Source of the DNA: Eledone cirrhosa
Taxonomy: Eukaryota
Direction: 5' to 3'
Length of the DNA stretch: 64,000 bases
NCBI GenBank assembly: GCA_964016885.1
Contig: OZ024742.1
Coordinates: 199,330,001 to 199,394,000, forward strand
A model generated the notes under the pieces. The model saw only the letters and a program-made list of their open reading frames with translations, was not told the origin of the DNA and made no database searches. The translations under genes and the position numbers were made by a program. Below, piece by piece: positions 1 through 12,688 of this stretch. Positions within the stretch are counted from its first letter, which is position 1, and each line of letters begins with the position of its first letter.

Positions 1-626
1 CTGACACACTGCCTCGCAATCTTGAATACCTCCTGTTTCTGGTCCTCACGTTGTAAAACATGCTTGAATTTTCTATCCTCTGCTTCCCTCCTAGCTAAGT
101 ATACTTGTCGCCTAGCTTCCCTCTTGGTCTCTATGTAATGTACCCTGCTCCCCCCGTTCTTCCATTCTTTCCATGCCTGTCTCTTGGCCTTGACTGCTTC
201 ATCTACCTTATTGTTCCACCACCAAGTCACTCTCCTCCTGCTTGAGGTCTTACTCCAGCCACAAACCTCATCCGTCGCCTCTAGTAAGTTATTTTTTAGG
301 AACTCCCAGTTCTCTTCTACGTTAAATGTCTCTATCTGTTCTTCTTTACTGTCGTAGGCGTTGAGTAAAATATCTTTAAATCTGTTACTGGTTGAGGGGA
401 CTTTCAGCTTCCAGATCTTTCTTCTCCAGGTTGGCCTCTGTTTCAGGGCTCGTCTAGTTCTGACCGTGAGGTCGCTGACAACTAAGCTATGTTGGGATGT
501 ACATTCCTCACTAGGGAAGGCTTTTGTGTTTACGACCGTCCATCTGTCACGTCCTCTGATGAGGATAAAATCTAACTGACTAGAGTGCTCCCCTGATCTA
601 TAGGTGATCAGGTGGTTGTCGGGTTT
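1..626 (-). mobile_element. RTE-clade LINE ORF fragment (end of AP-endonuclease domain and linker), continues off the window
   Basis: Minus strand reads [29 protein letters not shown]...[12 protein letters not shown]...[24 protein letters not shown]. The TY-S...IDFIL and (S)DH-like motifs match the end of LINE APE domains; the WWN linker is RTE-like. Confidence 0.75.
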
Positions 627-819
627 ATATATAGGTATATATATATATATATAGATATATATATATAAAGGTATATATATATATAGCCGTCCAAACCCAT
701 GCAAGCGTGGAAGATGGACGTTAAACGATGATGATGATGATGATAGGTATATATATATATATGTATATATATTTGTATATATATGTATATATATATGTAT
801 ATATATATATATGTATATG

Positions 820-869
<50 letters not shown>

Positions 870-1157
870 TCTATATATATATATGTATATATGTATATAT
901 ATATATGTATATATATGTATATATATATATGTATATATATGTATATTTATATATGTATATATATGTATATTTATATATGTATATATATGTATATATATAT
1001 ATGTATATATATGTATATATATATGTATATATATATATGTATATATATGTATATATATATATGTATATATATGTATATTTATATATGTATATATATGTAT
1101 ATATATATATGTATATATATGTATATATATATGTATATTTATATATGTATATATATG

Positions 1158-1189
<32 letters not shown>

Positions 1190-1320
1190 TATGTATGTAT
1201 ATATGTATGTATATATATATGTATATATATATATATATATATGTATGTATATATATATGTATATATATATATATATATATGTATGTATATATGTATGTAT
1301 ATATATATGTATATATATAT
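627..1320. repeat. (TA)n/(TATG)n compound microsatellite
   Basis: Directly visible; source of the poly-YI ORFs. Confidence 0.97.
686..744 (+). mobile_element. 3' terminal stem-loop + (GAT)n tail of an RTE-type LINE/SINE
   Basis: cgtcca-aa-cccatgc...gcgtgg-aaga-tggacg hairpin followed by ttaaac(gat)n. A reverse-strand trace of the same tail is at ~11104-11126. Confidence 0.55.
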
Positions 1321-1472
1321 ATTGTTATACTTTGGGAGGGTCATGTTGCCAATAAGAAACACACGCACCAGTTGCTTTCACTTCAATCTATTATAATAAA
1401 TTTATACATTTAGGAATTTATAAATTTCTGGTTGGTTGGTTGGTTTCACAACCAGATAGTTGTTTATATATT

Positions 1473-1515
1473 GTCAAAGTTCTTTCGTCACACATTCTGT
1501 GACCTCTTCAGTGAC
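1473..1515 (-). ncRNA. Minimal type I hammerhead ribozyme motif in the PLE 3' pseudo-LTR
   Basis: gtca-CTGAAGA-g-gtcaca-gaatg-tgtgac-GAAA-gaac-TT-tgac. Confidence 0.65.
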
Positions 1516-1716
1516 TGGGGATTCTTTTCTTTGTTTTTGTGCCTCTCCTTTGTTCTGTCCTACGCCAATTTGTTTCTGTGTGTGTGTTGTGTGCTCAGTC
1601 TGCGCATGCGCCACATCCGGGTGTCTGTGTGTGTTTATATTCGTTTATTTATTTGTTTATTTACATGTTACCGGTTGGTTGTTTGTTCTATGTGCGTGTG
1701 TGTTTTCATTTTGTCC

Positions 1717-4700
1717 TTAATTGTAAGTTGTGATGTTGCTGTTCCACTCATATTTTCTATTTAATTTTGGTTGTAATTCTTTTATGTTTATTGCCTCTGC
1801 GATTTGTCTAAACATTGCGTCTTTTCTGTGTGTAGATTCTATTTTTATTTCTATGTTCTCTAATTTACCCTTATGTTCTATTTTAGCATGTTGGTAGAGT
1901 ACAGATGATTCTTTACTATCTTGAAGGTCTCGCCAGTGTTCATTTATCCGTTCCCCTACACTACGAGCTGTCTCACCTATGTACACTATATTTTTGTCTC
2001 TACATTGTCCTTCAGTACATCTTATGCTATATACTACATTTCTAGTTTTACAGTTAATATGGGGGCTTATTTTACAGGTTATACATTTTTTATCTATACA
2101 GGGGTGTCTTTGAAAAGGGTATGTCTTGCTAATAAGTGTTTTTACGGAGGTACCTGGTCTTTCTACTATCTTAATATTGAGTTTATGTTTATCTAGGGCC
2201 CTTCTAAATTTGTAAGCTAATTCACCTCTAGGGGTTGTATCGATGAACATTACACTTTGGTATTTATTGCTATCATACCATGAGTTTATTCTATTAGTCT
2301 TATTCCTAGTTCTTTCTATTCTATTCCAAAATTTGCTCCTATACAAGGGGCAGGTCCCATTTGTGTCATTATTTACCATTTTTTCCCATTTGGTTCTGGC
2401 TCCTCTATACACTCTGATTTTATCTCTCTGATTGTAACCAGAGAACTGCATACGGTGGATGAAGTGTTGTATGTGTCTCTCTAGTTCTTCGGGGTTGCAC
2501 ATGCAGGACACGTTTCTCATCACCCGTACCAAATCCGCAATCAGTATGTTGATTTTGGTATGGTCCGAAACAGCTGAGTTTCGGTGGATCAGATGTTTGG
2601 AAGTCATGGGTTTGGCATAATGGGAATGGAGGATTTGTTTTTTGTTATTAATCGTATCTAACCAGAGCTCTGTGTCTAGTACAGGTAATCGATGGTTGGG
2701 GTGTTTACTTGGGTAGTCTATAGTAACTCTAATACTCTGGTGGATGGAGTTAGCTATATGCTGGATGCTTTCCATTGTGTTTTTCTCTAGTTCCTGACTG
2801 TTCTCTAGTGGGGGTGTTTTAACTACGATGTTTATATCATCAACGTAGCGGGAGTACATTATCAGGGTTAAGGGATCTTCTAATTGTTCTTTACGTTTAA
2901 GTTTAAGTCTACTGTCCCACCATACCATGAATAAGTTAGCTATGTCGCCTGCAATGCTAACACCAATGGCTGCTCCTTCCTCTTGGGCATATGTTTTTCC
3001 ATTAAATTTGAACATATGTTCCTTAAGGGTTAGTTTTATGCTGGCCCCTACCGCATGTGCAATCATTTTCTTCAGTTCATCGTGGTTTTCCGGTGTCCGT
3101 ATGGCTCTGGTCCACCCGTTCCATCTATCTGTGTGGGTTTTCTTGGCCATTGAGGTAATGGTAGGTGGTCTGCCTCTTGCTGGTCTTGTAGGGCACAGGT
3201 TGCTAAGGTCATATGTGTCTAGGTAATTATTATTATAGGTAAGTTTAAGTAGGAGTCCCAGCTCACTGGTATCAATCCCACGGAACTCAACATTGCTCTC
3301 ACTGATCATTTCTACGCATTTCTCCACAGCAAAATCCACATCAATAGATGGATACAGGGACACAACATCCATACTACCTATTATGCAGTTTGTTAGGTCC
3401 CTAGATCGGTTACTCTCGCCGATTCTGCCGAGGAGGTCCTCCGTGCTGTCACATACATCTGAGGACATTTCAATGATGGGGCGTATGATCAGGGAGAGGA
3501 AGTAGGAAAGTCTGTAGTTACTAGCAATGTTAGCTCCACAGACTGGCCGTGTTGGTGGTCCCGTGACAGGGTCACTGCCCGTTTTATGGTTTTTTAGAAG
3601 CCCATACAATGCCGGCACGTCATTGTTCCAGGCCTGGAAGTTGTTGGCAGTCCTTTTGTTGGGCTGCATTATATTCATCCACATCACCATATGGGCATTG
3701 AGGGATTTTTCTCTATTCTCATGCTCCTGTGGTGTTACCTCTCTTGTATTAGTGATGTGGGGTTGCATTGCCTGGATGTAGTTTGGCAGGCTGTCAACCG
3801 ACATTCTGCCAGACTTGTCTGTTGGAAAGCATGCTATCTCTCCATTACGCGAGCGCTGCATGAGCTTACGCAAGCCATATGCAGATTTTTCTCCCAGTTG
3901 CTGGGCCTCCATTCTATTATGCTTCTTGCTATACTGTTCTATAATATTTCTAAGTTCGGATCTAGCTATACTAAATTGTGCTTCTGTTTGTTCATCGACC
4001 TGCGACGGCAATTGCGTGCGTTTGTTAAATGGTAAAGTCGTGGCGTGGACTCGTCGCAGGTCGAACGACTTATCGGAGGGATTATAAAAAGTAGAGTTCC
4101 AGGCTGCTGCTTTATGTGTACTAGTGCTATTGTTATTGTTAGTTGTGTTGTTTCTATTTCTATTTCCACCAACAGCCTCATGGTTGTTTCTTTGCCTCTC
4201 ATTATTACTCCTGTCTCTTTCCACTGGCTCATTGTTATTATCTACTCTATTTTGTGTGTCTGTGTGTTCGTCTTGGTTATTTTCTTTGTCCATAGTCTCC
4301 CTTCTTTTAATCCTATTACTTTCCCTTATATCTGTGATTTCTGTGCTACTGTCATTACTTGTTTTCTGTGTCTGTGTGTTTGTTAAGATTGTGGTGGTGG
4401 TGAGAGGCATTGAATGTGTGTGTGTTGTTGTTGTTGATGTGTGCTGTTGTTGATGTGTGTTGTTGTTGTTGTCTCCGTGTGTGTTATTATTGTTGTTTGT
4501 GTCTGCGTGTCTATTGTTGTTTCTGAGTATGTTATTATTGTTGGTGTGTGTGTTGTTGTTATTGTTGTTTGTGTCTGTGTGTCTGTTGTTGTTGGGATGT
4601 GTCTTGTATATGTGCGTGCGTATGTTGTTACTTTTGTTTTTGTTTTTGTTTTTATTTTTGAGGCTCCAACGTAATTTTGTAAATGATTTTTCTATTTCTG

Positions 4701-5268
4701 ACAGACAACTAATCATATTTACCTTCTTGAATGTCGCAAATTTCGGCGGTAGTTTTAATACAGATAATTCATCAGGATCTATTGCCGTGTTGCCGTATAT
4801 ATTTGTGTTGTTGTTGTTGTTGAACTCATCTGTTAATGAGGTATCGGCCATATTTATACCGTCAATTTTGTCGGGATATCTATTGGTATTCTCTACAGTA
4901 TCCTGATTTAGTTTTATCTGCTTAAGCCACTCTAGTTTCTTGTTAAAGTGCTTATCACATTCTTGAGCAATATACTGTTCTTCAGGACGTATAAGGCTTA
5001 TAAATATTAGTTTTTCTCTTGGTGTGGTGATCCTAGTTATTTCTTGTATTAGGTTACGCTTATGTTTTTCTTGATGACTTAATTCTCTATAGATCTTCTT
5101 TTTTATGTTTAGAATTAGTGTTCGTTTTAGCCTATCTGCTTGCTTTTTGGTGAGTTGTAATCTTCTTACGTCGGTGTTGATGGTGTTGGTGTAAACTAGG
5201 GACGAGGCACATTCTTTTATGAAGTGTAGTTGTCGAGATGTTATTGTTTTTTGTAGACAACAGAACAT
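1717..5268 (-). CDS. PLE polyprotein: reverse transcriptase + Cys-rich linker + C-terminal GIY-YIG endonuclease (Neptune/Nematis-like)
   Basis: RT motifs TDKSG, TRPVCG, SMDVVSLYPSI, YAQEEGAAIG, RYVDDI, LPVLDT. Linker CIDKKCITC. Endonuclease motifs NVVYSIRC...YIGETARSVGERINEH...HAKIEH...EAINI...LN. First ATG (accaccATG) is at 5268; the upstream GTG extension in the ORF track lies in the inverted repeat. Confidence 0.92.
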   Translation of the reverse strand: MFCCLQKTITSRQLHFIKECASSLVYTNTINTDVRRLQLTKKQADRLKRTLILNIKKKIYRELSHQEKHKRNLIQEITRITTPREKLIFISLIRPEEQYIAQECDKHFNKKLEWLKQIKLNQDTVENTNRYPDKIDGINMADTSLTDEFNNNNNTNIYGNTAIDPDELSVLKLPPKFATFKKVNMISCLSEIEKSFTKLRWSLKNKNKNKNKSNNIRTHIYKTHPNNNRHTDTNNNNNNTHTNNNNILRNNNRHADTNNNNNTHGDNNNNTHQQQHTSTTTTHTHSMPLTTTTILTNTQTQKTSNDSSTEITDIRESNRIKRRETMDKENNQDEHTDTQNRVDNNNEPVERDRSNNERQRNNHEAVGGNRNRNNTTNNNNSTSTHKAAAWNSTFYNPSDKSFDLRRVHATTLPFNKRTQLPSQVDEQTEAQFSIARSELRNIIEQYSKKHNRMEAQQLGEKSAYGLRKLMQRSRNGEIACFPTDKSGRMSVDSLPNYIQAMQPHITNTREVTPQEHENREKSLNAHMVMWMNIMQPNKRTANNFQAWNNDVPALYGLLKNHKTGSDPVTGPPTRPVCGANIASNYRLSYFLSLIIRPIIEMSSDVCDSTEDLLGRIGESNRSRDLTNCIIGSMDVVSLYPSIDVDFAVEKCVEMISESNVEFRGIDTSELGLLLKLTYNNNYLDTYDLSNLCPTRPARGRPPTITSMAKKTHTDRWNGWTRAIRTPENHDELKKMIAHAVGASIKLTLKEHMFKFNGKTYAQEEGAAIGVSIAGDIANLFMVWWDSRLKLKRKEQLEDPLTLIMYSRYVDDINIVVKTPPLENSQELEKNTMESIQHIANSIHQSIRVTIDYPSKHPNHRLPVLDTELWLDTINNKKQILHSHYAKPMTSKHLIHRNSAVSDHTKINILIADLVRVMRNVSCMCNPEELERHIQHFIHRMQFSGYNQRDKIRVYRGARTKWEKMVNNDTNGTCPLYRSKFWNRIERTRNKTNRINSWYDSNKYQSVMFIDTTPRGELAYKFRRALDKHKLNIKIVERPGTSVKTLISKTYPFQRHPCIDKKCITCKISPHINCKTRNVVYSIRCTEGQCRDKNIVYIGETARSVGERINEHWRDLQDSKESSVLYQHAKIEHKGKLENIEIKIESTHRKDAMFRQIAEAINIKELQPKLNRKYEWNSNITTYN

Positions 5269-5489
5269 GGTGGTCAACTTACAATTAAGGACAACATGAA
5301 AACACACACGCACATAGAACAAACAACCAACCGGTAACATGTAAATAAACAAATAAATAAACGAATATAAACACACACAGACACCCGGATGTGGCGCATA
5401 AGCAGACTGAGCACACAACACACATACAGAAACAAAATGGCGTAGGACAGAACAAAGGAGAGGCACAAAAACAAAGAAAAGAATCCCCA

Positions 5490-5532
5490 GTCACTGAAGA
5501 GGTCACAGAATGTGTGACGAAAGAACTTTGAC
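5490..5532 (+). ncRNA. Minimal hammerhead motif in the inverted pseudo-LTR copy
   Basis: Reverse complement of 1473-1515. Confidence 0.65.
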
Positions 5533-5740
5533 AATATATAAACAACTATCTGGTTGTGGAACCAACCAACCAACCAGAAATTTATAAATTCCTAAATTTA
5601 TAAATTTATTATAATAAATTGAAGTGAAAGCAACTGGTGCGTGTGTTTCTTATTGGCAACATGACCCTCCCAAAGTATAACAATATCGGTTTCAACACAC
5701 GTCTTCAGATAAAGAATCTTGCTAAACAAATTCAGAAACG

Positions 5741-5743
<3 letters not shown>

Positions 5744-5796
<53 letters not shown>

Positions 5797-5873
5797 GTAT
5801 ATGTATATGTATATATGTATATATATGTATATATGTATATATATATATATGTATATGTATATATGTATGTATG

Positions 5874-5906
<33 letters not shown>

Positions 5907-6738
5907 ATATATATGTATGTATATGTGTATATATGTATATATATGTATGTATATGTATATATGTATGTATATATATATGTATGTATATGTGTATATATGT
6001 ATATATATGTATGTATATGTATGTATATATATATGTATGTATATGTGTATATATGTATATATATGTATGTATATGTATATATGTATGTATATATATATGT
6101 GTATGTATATATATATATGTGTATGTATATATATATGTATATGTATATATATGTATATATATGTATGTATATGTGTATATGTATAAATGTATGTATATAT
6201 GTATGTATATATGTATGTATATATATATATATGTATATGTATATATATATATGTATATATATGTATCTATATGTATATATATATGTATATATATATATGT
6301 ATATATGTGTATATGTATATATATATGCATATATATGTATGTATATGTATATATGTGTATATGTATATATATATATGTATATACATATATATATATGTAT
6401 ATACATATATGTATATGTATATATATGTACATATATATATGTATAATATATAATATATGTATGTATAATGTATGTATGTATAATACATAATATATGTATG
6501 TATAATATATAATATATGTATGTATAATATATAATATATGTATGTATAATATATGTATATATATATGTATGTACGCCTAATTAGCCGTCGAAACGGCTTG
6601 AGCTCAGCCGTCGGGGTCCTACTTGTTCCTATTACCCACTCTACTACCCTAAGTATTGAGTACTTTGGTGAGTTATGGTCCATCTGGTCCCTTATCAGAT
6701 TTCCTTCGTTATATATATATGTATATATATACATGTAC

Positions 6739-6774
<36 letters not shown>

Positions 6775-7415
6775 GTATGTATAGATAGGTATGTATATAT
6801 ATGTATATATATATGTATATATATATATGTATGATTATATATGTATGTATATATATGTATATATATATGTATGTATATTTATATATATGTATATGTATAT
6901 ATATATGTAATTGTATGTATATATATATATGTATATATATATATGTATGTATATATATATATGTATATATATATGTATGTATATGTATATATATGTATGT
7001 ATATGTATATATATGTATCTATATGTATGTATATGTATATATATGTATCTATATGTATGTATATGTATATATATGTATCTATATGTATGTATATATATAT
7101 ATATGTATATAAATATGCATGTATATGTATATATATGTATGTATATATATATGTATGTATATATAATTATATGTATATATATGTATGTATATATATATAT
7201 GTATATATGTGTATGTGTATATATATGTATGTATGTATTTATGTATATATATGTATGTATACATATATATTTATGTATATATTTATATGTATGTATATAT
7301 ATATATATCTATCAATATATGTATGTATATGTATATATATGTATGTATATATATGTATGTGTATATATATATCTATCAATATATGTATGTATATGTATAT
7401 ATATGTATGTATATA
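5744..7415. repeat. (TA)n/(TATG)n microsatellite field containing a short insert at 6575-6710
   Basis: Directly visible. Confidence 0.95.
6575..6710 (+). mobile_element. Fragment of a dispersed repeat carrying the 3' half of a hammerhead (also at ~14594-14663 and 33147-33340)
   Basis: aattagccgtc-GAAA-cggct-tgagctc-agccg-TC-ggggtc is shared by three loci, each next to TA repeats. Confidence 0.65.
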
Positions 7416-8211
7416 CCACGATAAATTATACCATGATAAATTAACGGAGCCATAGGCCCTCGCCATTCCCTGTAAATATTGTGCTCAAAGGAGAAGAGAT
7501 CCTGAGCTCTTTAAAATACAATATGTTGAAAAGGTAACACACCAGAGAGAGATATATAGTGCGCTATCAATAAAACAGGGAACAAACCACCAGTGTATGG
7601 AATCTATAACCTATGAAAGGCAGACTATAGACACGATAGTTAAAAATATAAATTAAAGCGTAATTAATACTTCTATAACTATATAACACACGTACAAATG
7701 CAAAGAGATGTTTCGCCAGTAATTTGTTGACAGAAATGGAATAACCTCGGTTCATCAGCGTGTGTAAGGCCATACATTTCAGACAACACTAAGAGAATTT
7801 TAAAAGTAACTGTCCAGCTACACGTGGGAGAGAGAAGTCACAGCGTGTTTAAGGGCAGTGAACCAGTGGCCTCTGAGGGACGAACTGCTAGAAAGGGAAG
7901 CCCAAAACCACTCAGAGAAGTGTGCTCAACCAAACAGAGAGATAGGAAAGACTGTTATAAGGAGCGAAATATCACGATAAATTAACGGAGCCATAGGCCC
8001 TCGCCATTCCCTGTAAATAATGTGCTCAAAGGAGAAGAGATCCTGAGCTCTTTAAAAGGTAACACACCAGAGAGAGATATACAGTGCGCTATCAATAAAA
8101 CAGGGAAAACCTTTCATAGGTTATAGATTCCATACACTGGTGGTTTTTTCCCTGTTTTATTGATAGCGCACTGTATATCTCTCTCTGGTGTGTTACCTTT
8201 TCAACATATTG
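7416..8211 (-). mobile_element. Non-coding HHR-bearing element: 541-bp unit, partial direct second copy and inverted segment (retrozyme-like or solo pLTR)
   Basis: ttaacggagccataggccc occurs at 7441 and 7982. Segment 8110-8211 is an inverted copy of ~7517-7620. The element is flanked by TA repeats. Confidence 0.7.
7686..7765 (-). ncRNA. Type I hammerhead ribozyme motif
   Basis: acacacg-CTGATGA-(stem II region)-GAAA-ca...tg-TA-cgtgtgt, with a perfect 7-bp stem I and a GUA cleavage triplet. Confidence 0.7.
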
Positions 8212-8219
8212 TATGTATG

Positions 8220-8250
<31 letters not shown>

Positions 8251-8550
8251 GTATGTATATGTATATATATATATGTATATATATGTATATGTATATATAT
8301 GTATTTATATGTATATGTATATATATGTATGTATATATATATGTATGTATATGTATATATATGCATGTATATATATATGTATATACATATATGTATATAT
8401 ATATGTATGTATATACATATATGTATGTATATATATATGTATGTATATATATATGTATGTATATACATATATGTATATATATGTATATATATATATATGT
8501 ATGTATATACATATATGTATATATATGTATATATATATATATATATGTAT

Positions 8551-8905
8551 GTCTATCATTGGATACCATCAGGGTTGCAGGTGTTATATCACTTGTTCTT
8601 CTTTTTGGTAAATATCATCTTGGTTAAGAGAGTGGGACTGGCTTTGTGCAGTGCCTTTGCTCACTATAAAAGCTTCACGGCACAGGCATTGCTTTATATC
8701 TGGAGATCCCTCTGCACTTGTCATCACATGGTACCATGGGCCCAGCACTATGTGTCAATAATTGTCACAAGTGTAATGTTTGTACCAGAGTTTTCAAGTC
8801 GCTGGCTGGACTAAAAAGTCACACTCGTTCAGCGCATCGGTAGGGGTTCTCCTACATGGATATAAAGTAGTGGCCGTACTCGAAAACGAGTTGGCAGCCA
8901 CCATG
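8551..8905 (+). mobile_element. 3' end of an RTE-like LINE with a terminal C2H2 zinc finger
   Basis: [25 protein letters not shown] (CxxC-x12-H-x4-H), then a short hairpin 3' UTR and an (ATGT)n tail. Confidence 0.6.
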
Positions 8906-8941
8906 TATGTCTATACATATGTATGTATATATATATGTATG

Positions 8942-8972
<31 letters not shown>

Positions 8973-9127
8973 GTATGTATATGTATATATATATGTATAT
9001 GTATGTATATGTATATATATGTATGTATATGTATATGTTTATATATGTATGTATATATATATATATATATATGTATGTATATGTATATATGTATGTATAT
9101 ATAAATATATATGTATGTATATGTATA

Positions 9128-10875
<1,748 letters not shown>

Positions 10876-11124
10876 TATGTAAATATTGATTTTGAGGTAT
10901 TATCGCTGAAAAGAAAAGACTGGATGGTCTCAGCTGGAATGCTCTTTGTCACGAGTCTTGATTGGTTTATTTGGATTGGAAGGATCATTATCGATATTTA
11001 GCTACGACCTTCTGAGTTCAAATTCCGTCGAAGCTAGCTTTTTCTTTTCACCTTTCCGGAGTCAATAAAAATGAAATACCAATCGAATACTGACAGTTAT
11101 ATATCATCATCGTCATCGTTTAAC

Positions 11125-11169
<45 letters not shown>

Positions 11170-11490
11170 CCAAAATTGAATGCTTTTCATACATAACCAT
11201 TGATGCCGGGTCGGAACAGAGTTACGTCCTTTGTCAAGACTTGCGTGTTTTTCTTTGACATGAGGGTAAAAAATACAACCAGTTACGTCCCTTGTTTTAG
11301 CACGAACATAAGTGACAATAACATTGCAAAATGGATACCGTTTAAGGTGAAACTGGTCAACGTACAAAACTATATTTTTTGTTGTCTACTCTTCCCGTAA
11401 TATGGAGGTGTTCTGTCTCTTATATGTTCCATGTGCCATTGCCGGCCTCAATTTTCTCTGTAACCTTCGTTTTGTGTAGAAGCTTACACT

Positions 11491-11551
<61 letters not shown>

Positions 11552-11630
11552 AGTATATATTAAAATAACAGATTAAAATTTAAGCAAAAAATCGCTGCTT
11601 TCACCCTTAACGGGATCTTCTGAAACTAAC
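11552..11630 (-). repeat. Inverted copy of an internal Helitron segment (~9446-9525)
   Basis: aatcgctgctttcacccttaacgggatcttctgaaactaa is the reverse complement of the 9446-9484 region with one mismatch. Confidence 0.7.
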
Positions 11631-12184
11631 TATATATTTAAAAGAATAGAGGTGTAAAACACGAGTTGTGATATATTGGTAAAAGGAAAAGAGAATGCTG
11701 ACAAATTGTTCCCAGTGAAAAATAGTTTAATTAGGAATAAGTAAAAATTAGTAATAAGTATTGGTTAGTATTCAGTTTAAGTTTTAAGTTTTTACCGGTT
11801 GCGCATTTCTAATGCTTTTCAAAAATAATTTTGAGATAGACCCCCCGTGATGTTTGCTCTAATCTGATTAGTTTTGGAAATTCTACCTGTTTTATGTGAA
11901 AAAAGTGGCTCCAGAGGTATTAAAATAAGTTTCGCGCGAATTCGTGTTGCAAAAATTCTTGTGGTCAAAACAATTTTGATTGGTCGGTAGAGGTCATGTG
12001 AATGTTAAAAATTGATTTTGCGCCAAATGTAGGTTTGTCGAAGAGTGTCCTTTTTCGCCTGATATATACATACATATATATATATATATATTTTTTTTTT
12101 ATCGATCGACTTTCGTCAAATCGGACCGAGGAAACAATTTTTCCGTTGGTCTTTCCAGTTGCTAGTACTATCTATAGGTCGCAA

Positions 12185-12502
<318 letters not shown>

Positions 12503-12622
12503 TATTTAAATTGTTGTGTTACAACTAGTAAATATTTATAACTGATATAAAAGCACTCGACAAATATTTGGAGTATATTTACAATATTAAATAAATGGAA
12601 ACTATATTTATAAAACCATATT

Positions 12623-12688
12623 TATTTCATTATATATATTTCAGGGATAACATATTAACAATATGCTATGCCTTCCTCAGACAAAATA
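12623..12688 (-). ncRNA. Hammerhead motif (inverted copy)
   Basis: Reverse complement of 14304-14369. Confidence 0.6.

Larger units (their letters stand above)
1321..5743 (-). mobile_element. Penelope-like retroelement, apparently intact, with inverted pseudo-LTRs (1321-1730 and 5275-5685) and a one-sided tail (5686-5743), inserted in (TA)n
   Basis: A single long RT+GIY-YIG ORF. The two ~410-bp ends are near-identical reverse complements and each carries an HHR motif. TA microsatellite lies on both sides. Confidence 0.93.

Noticed and set aside
5269-5466. N-terminal 66 aa of the 1249-aa ORF call
   Set aside because: Starts at GTG inside the inverted pLTR; the same peptide appears at 1539-1733 on the other strand. 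The ATG at 5268 is the more plausible start.
5684-5714. Possible extra hammerhead on the minus strand (CTGAAGA...GAAA) in the PLE1 tail
   Set aside because: Stem II and stem III pairing are not convincing.
11167-12060. Non-repetitive islands that might be exons or transposon pieces
   Set aside because: No protein motif, TIR or splice pattern that I could support by eye.
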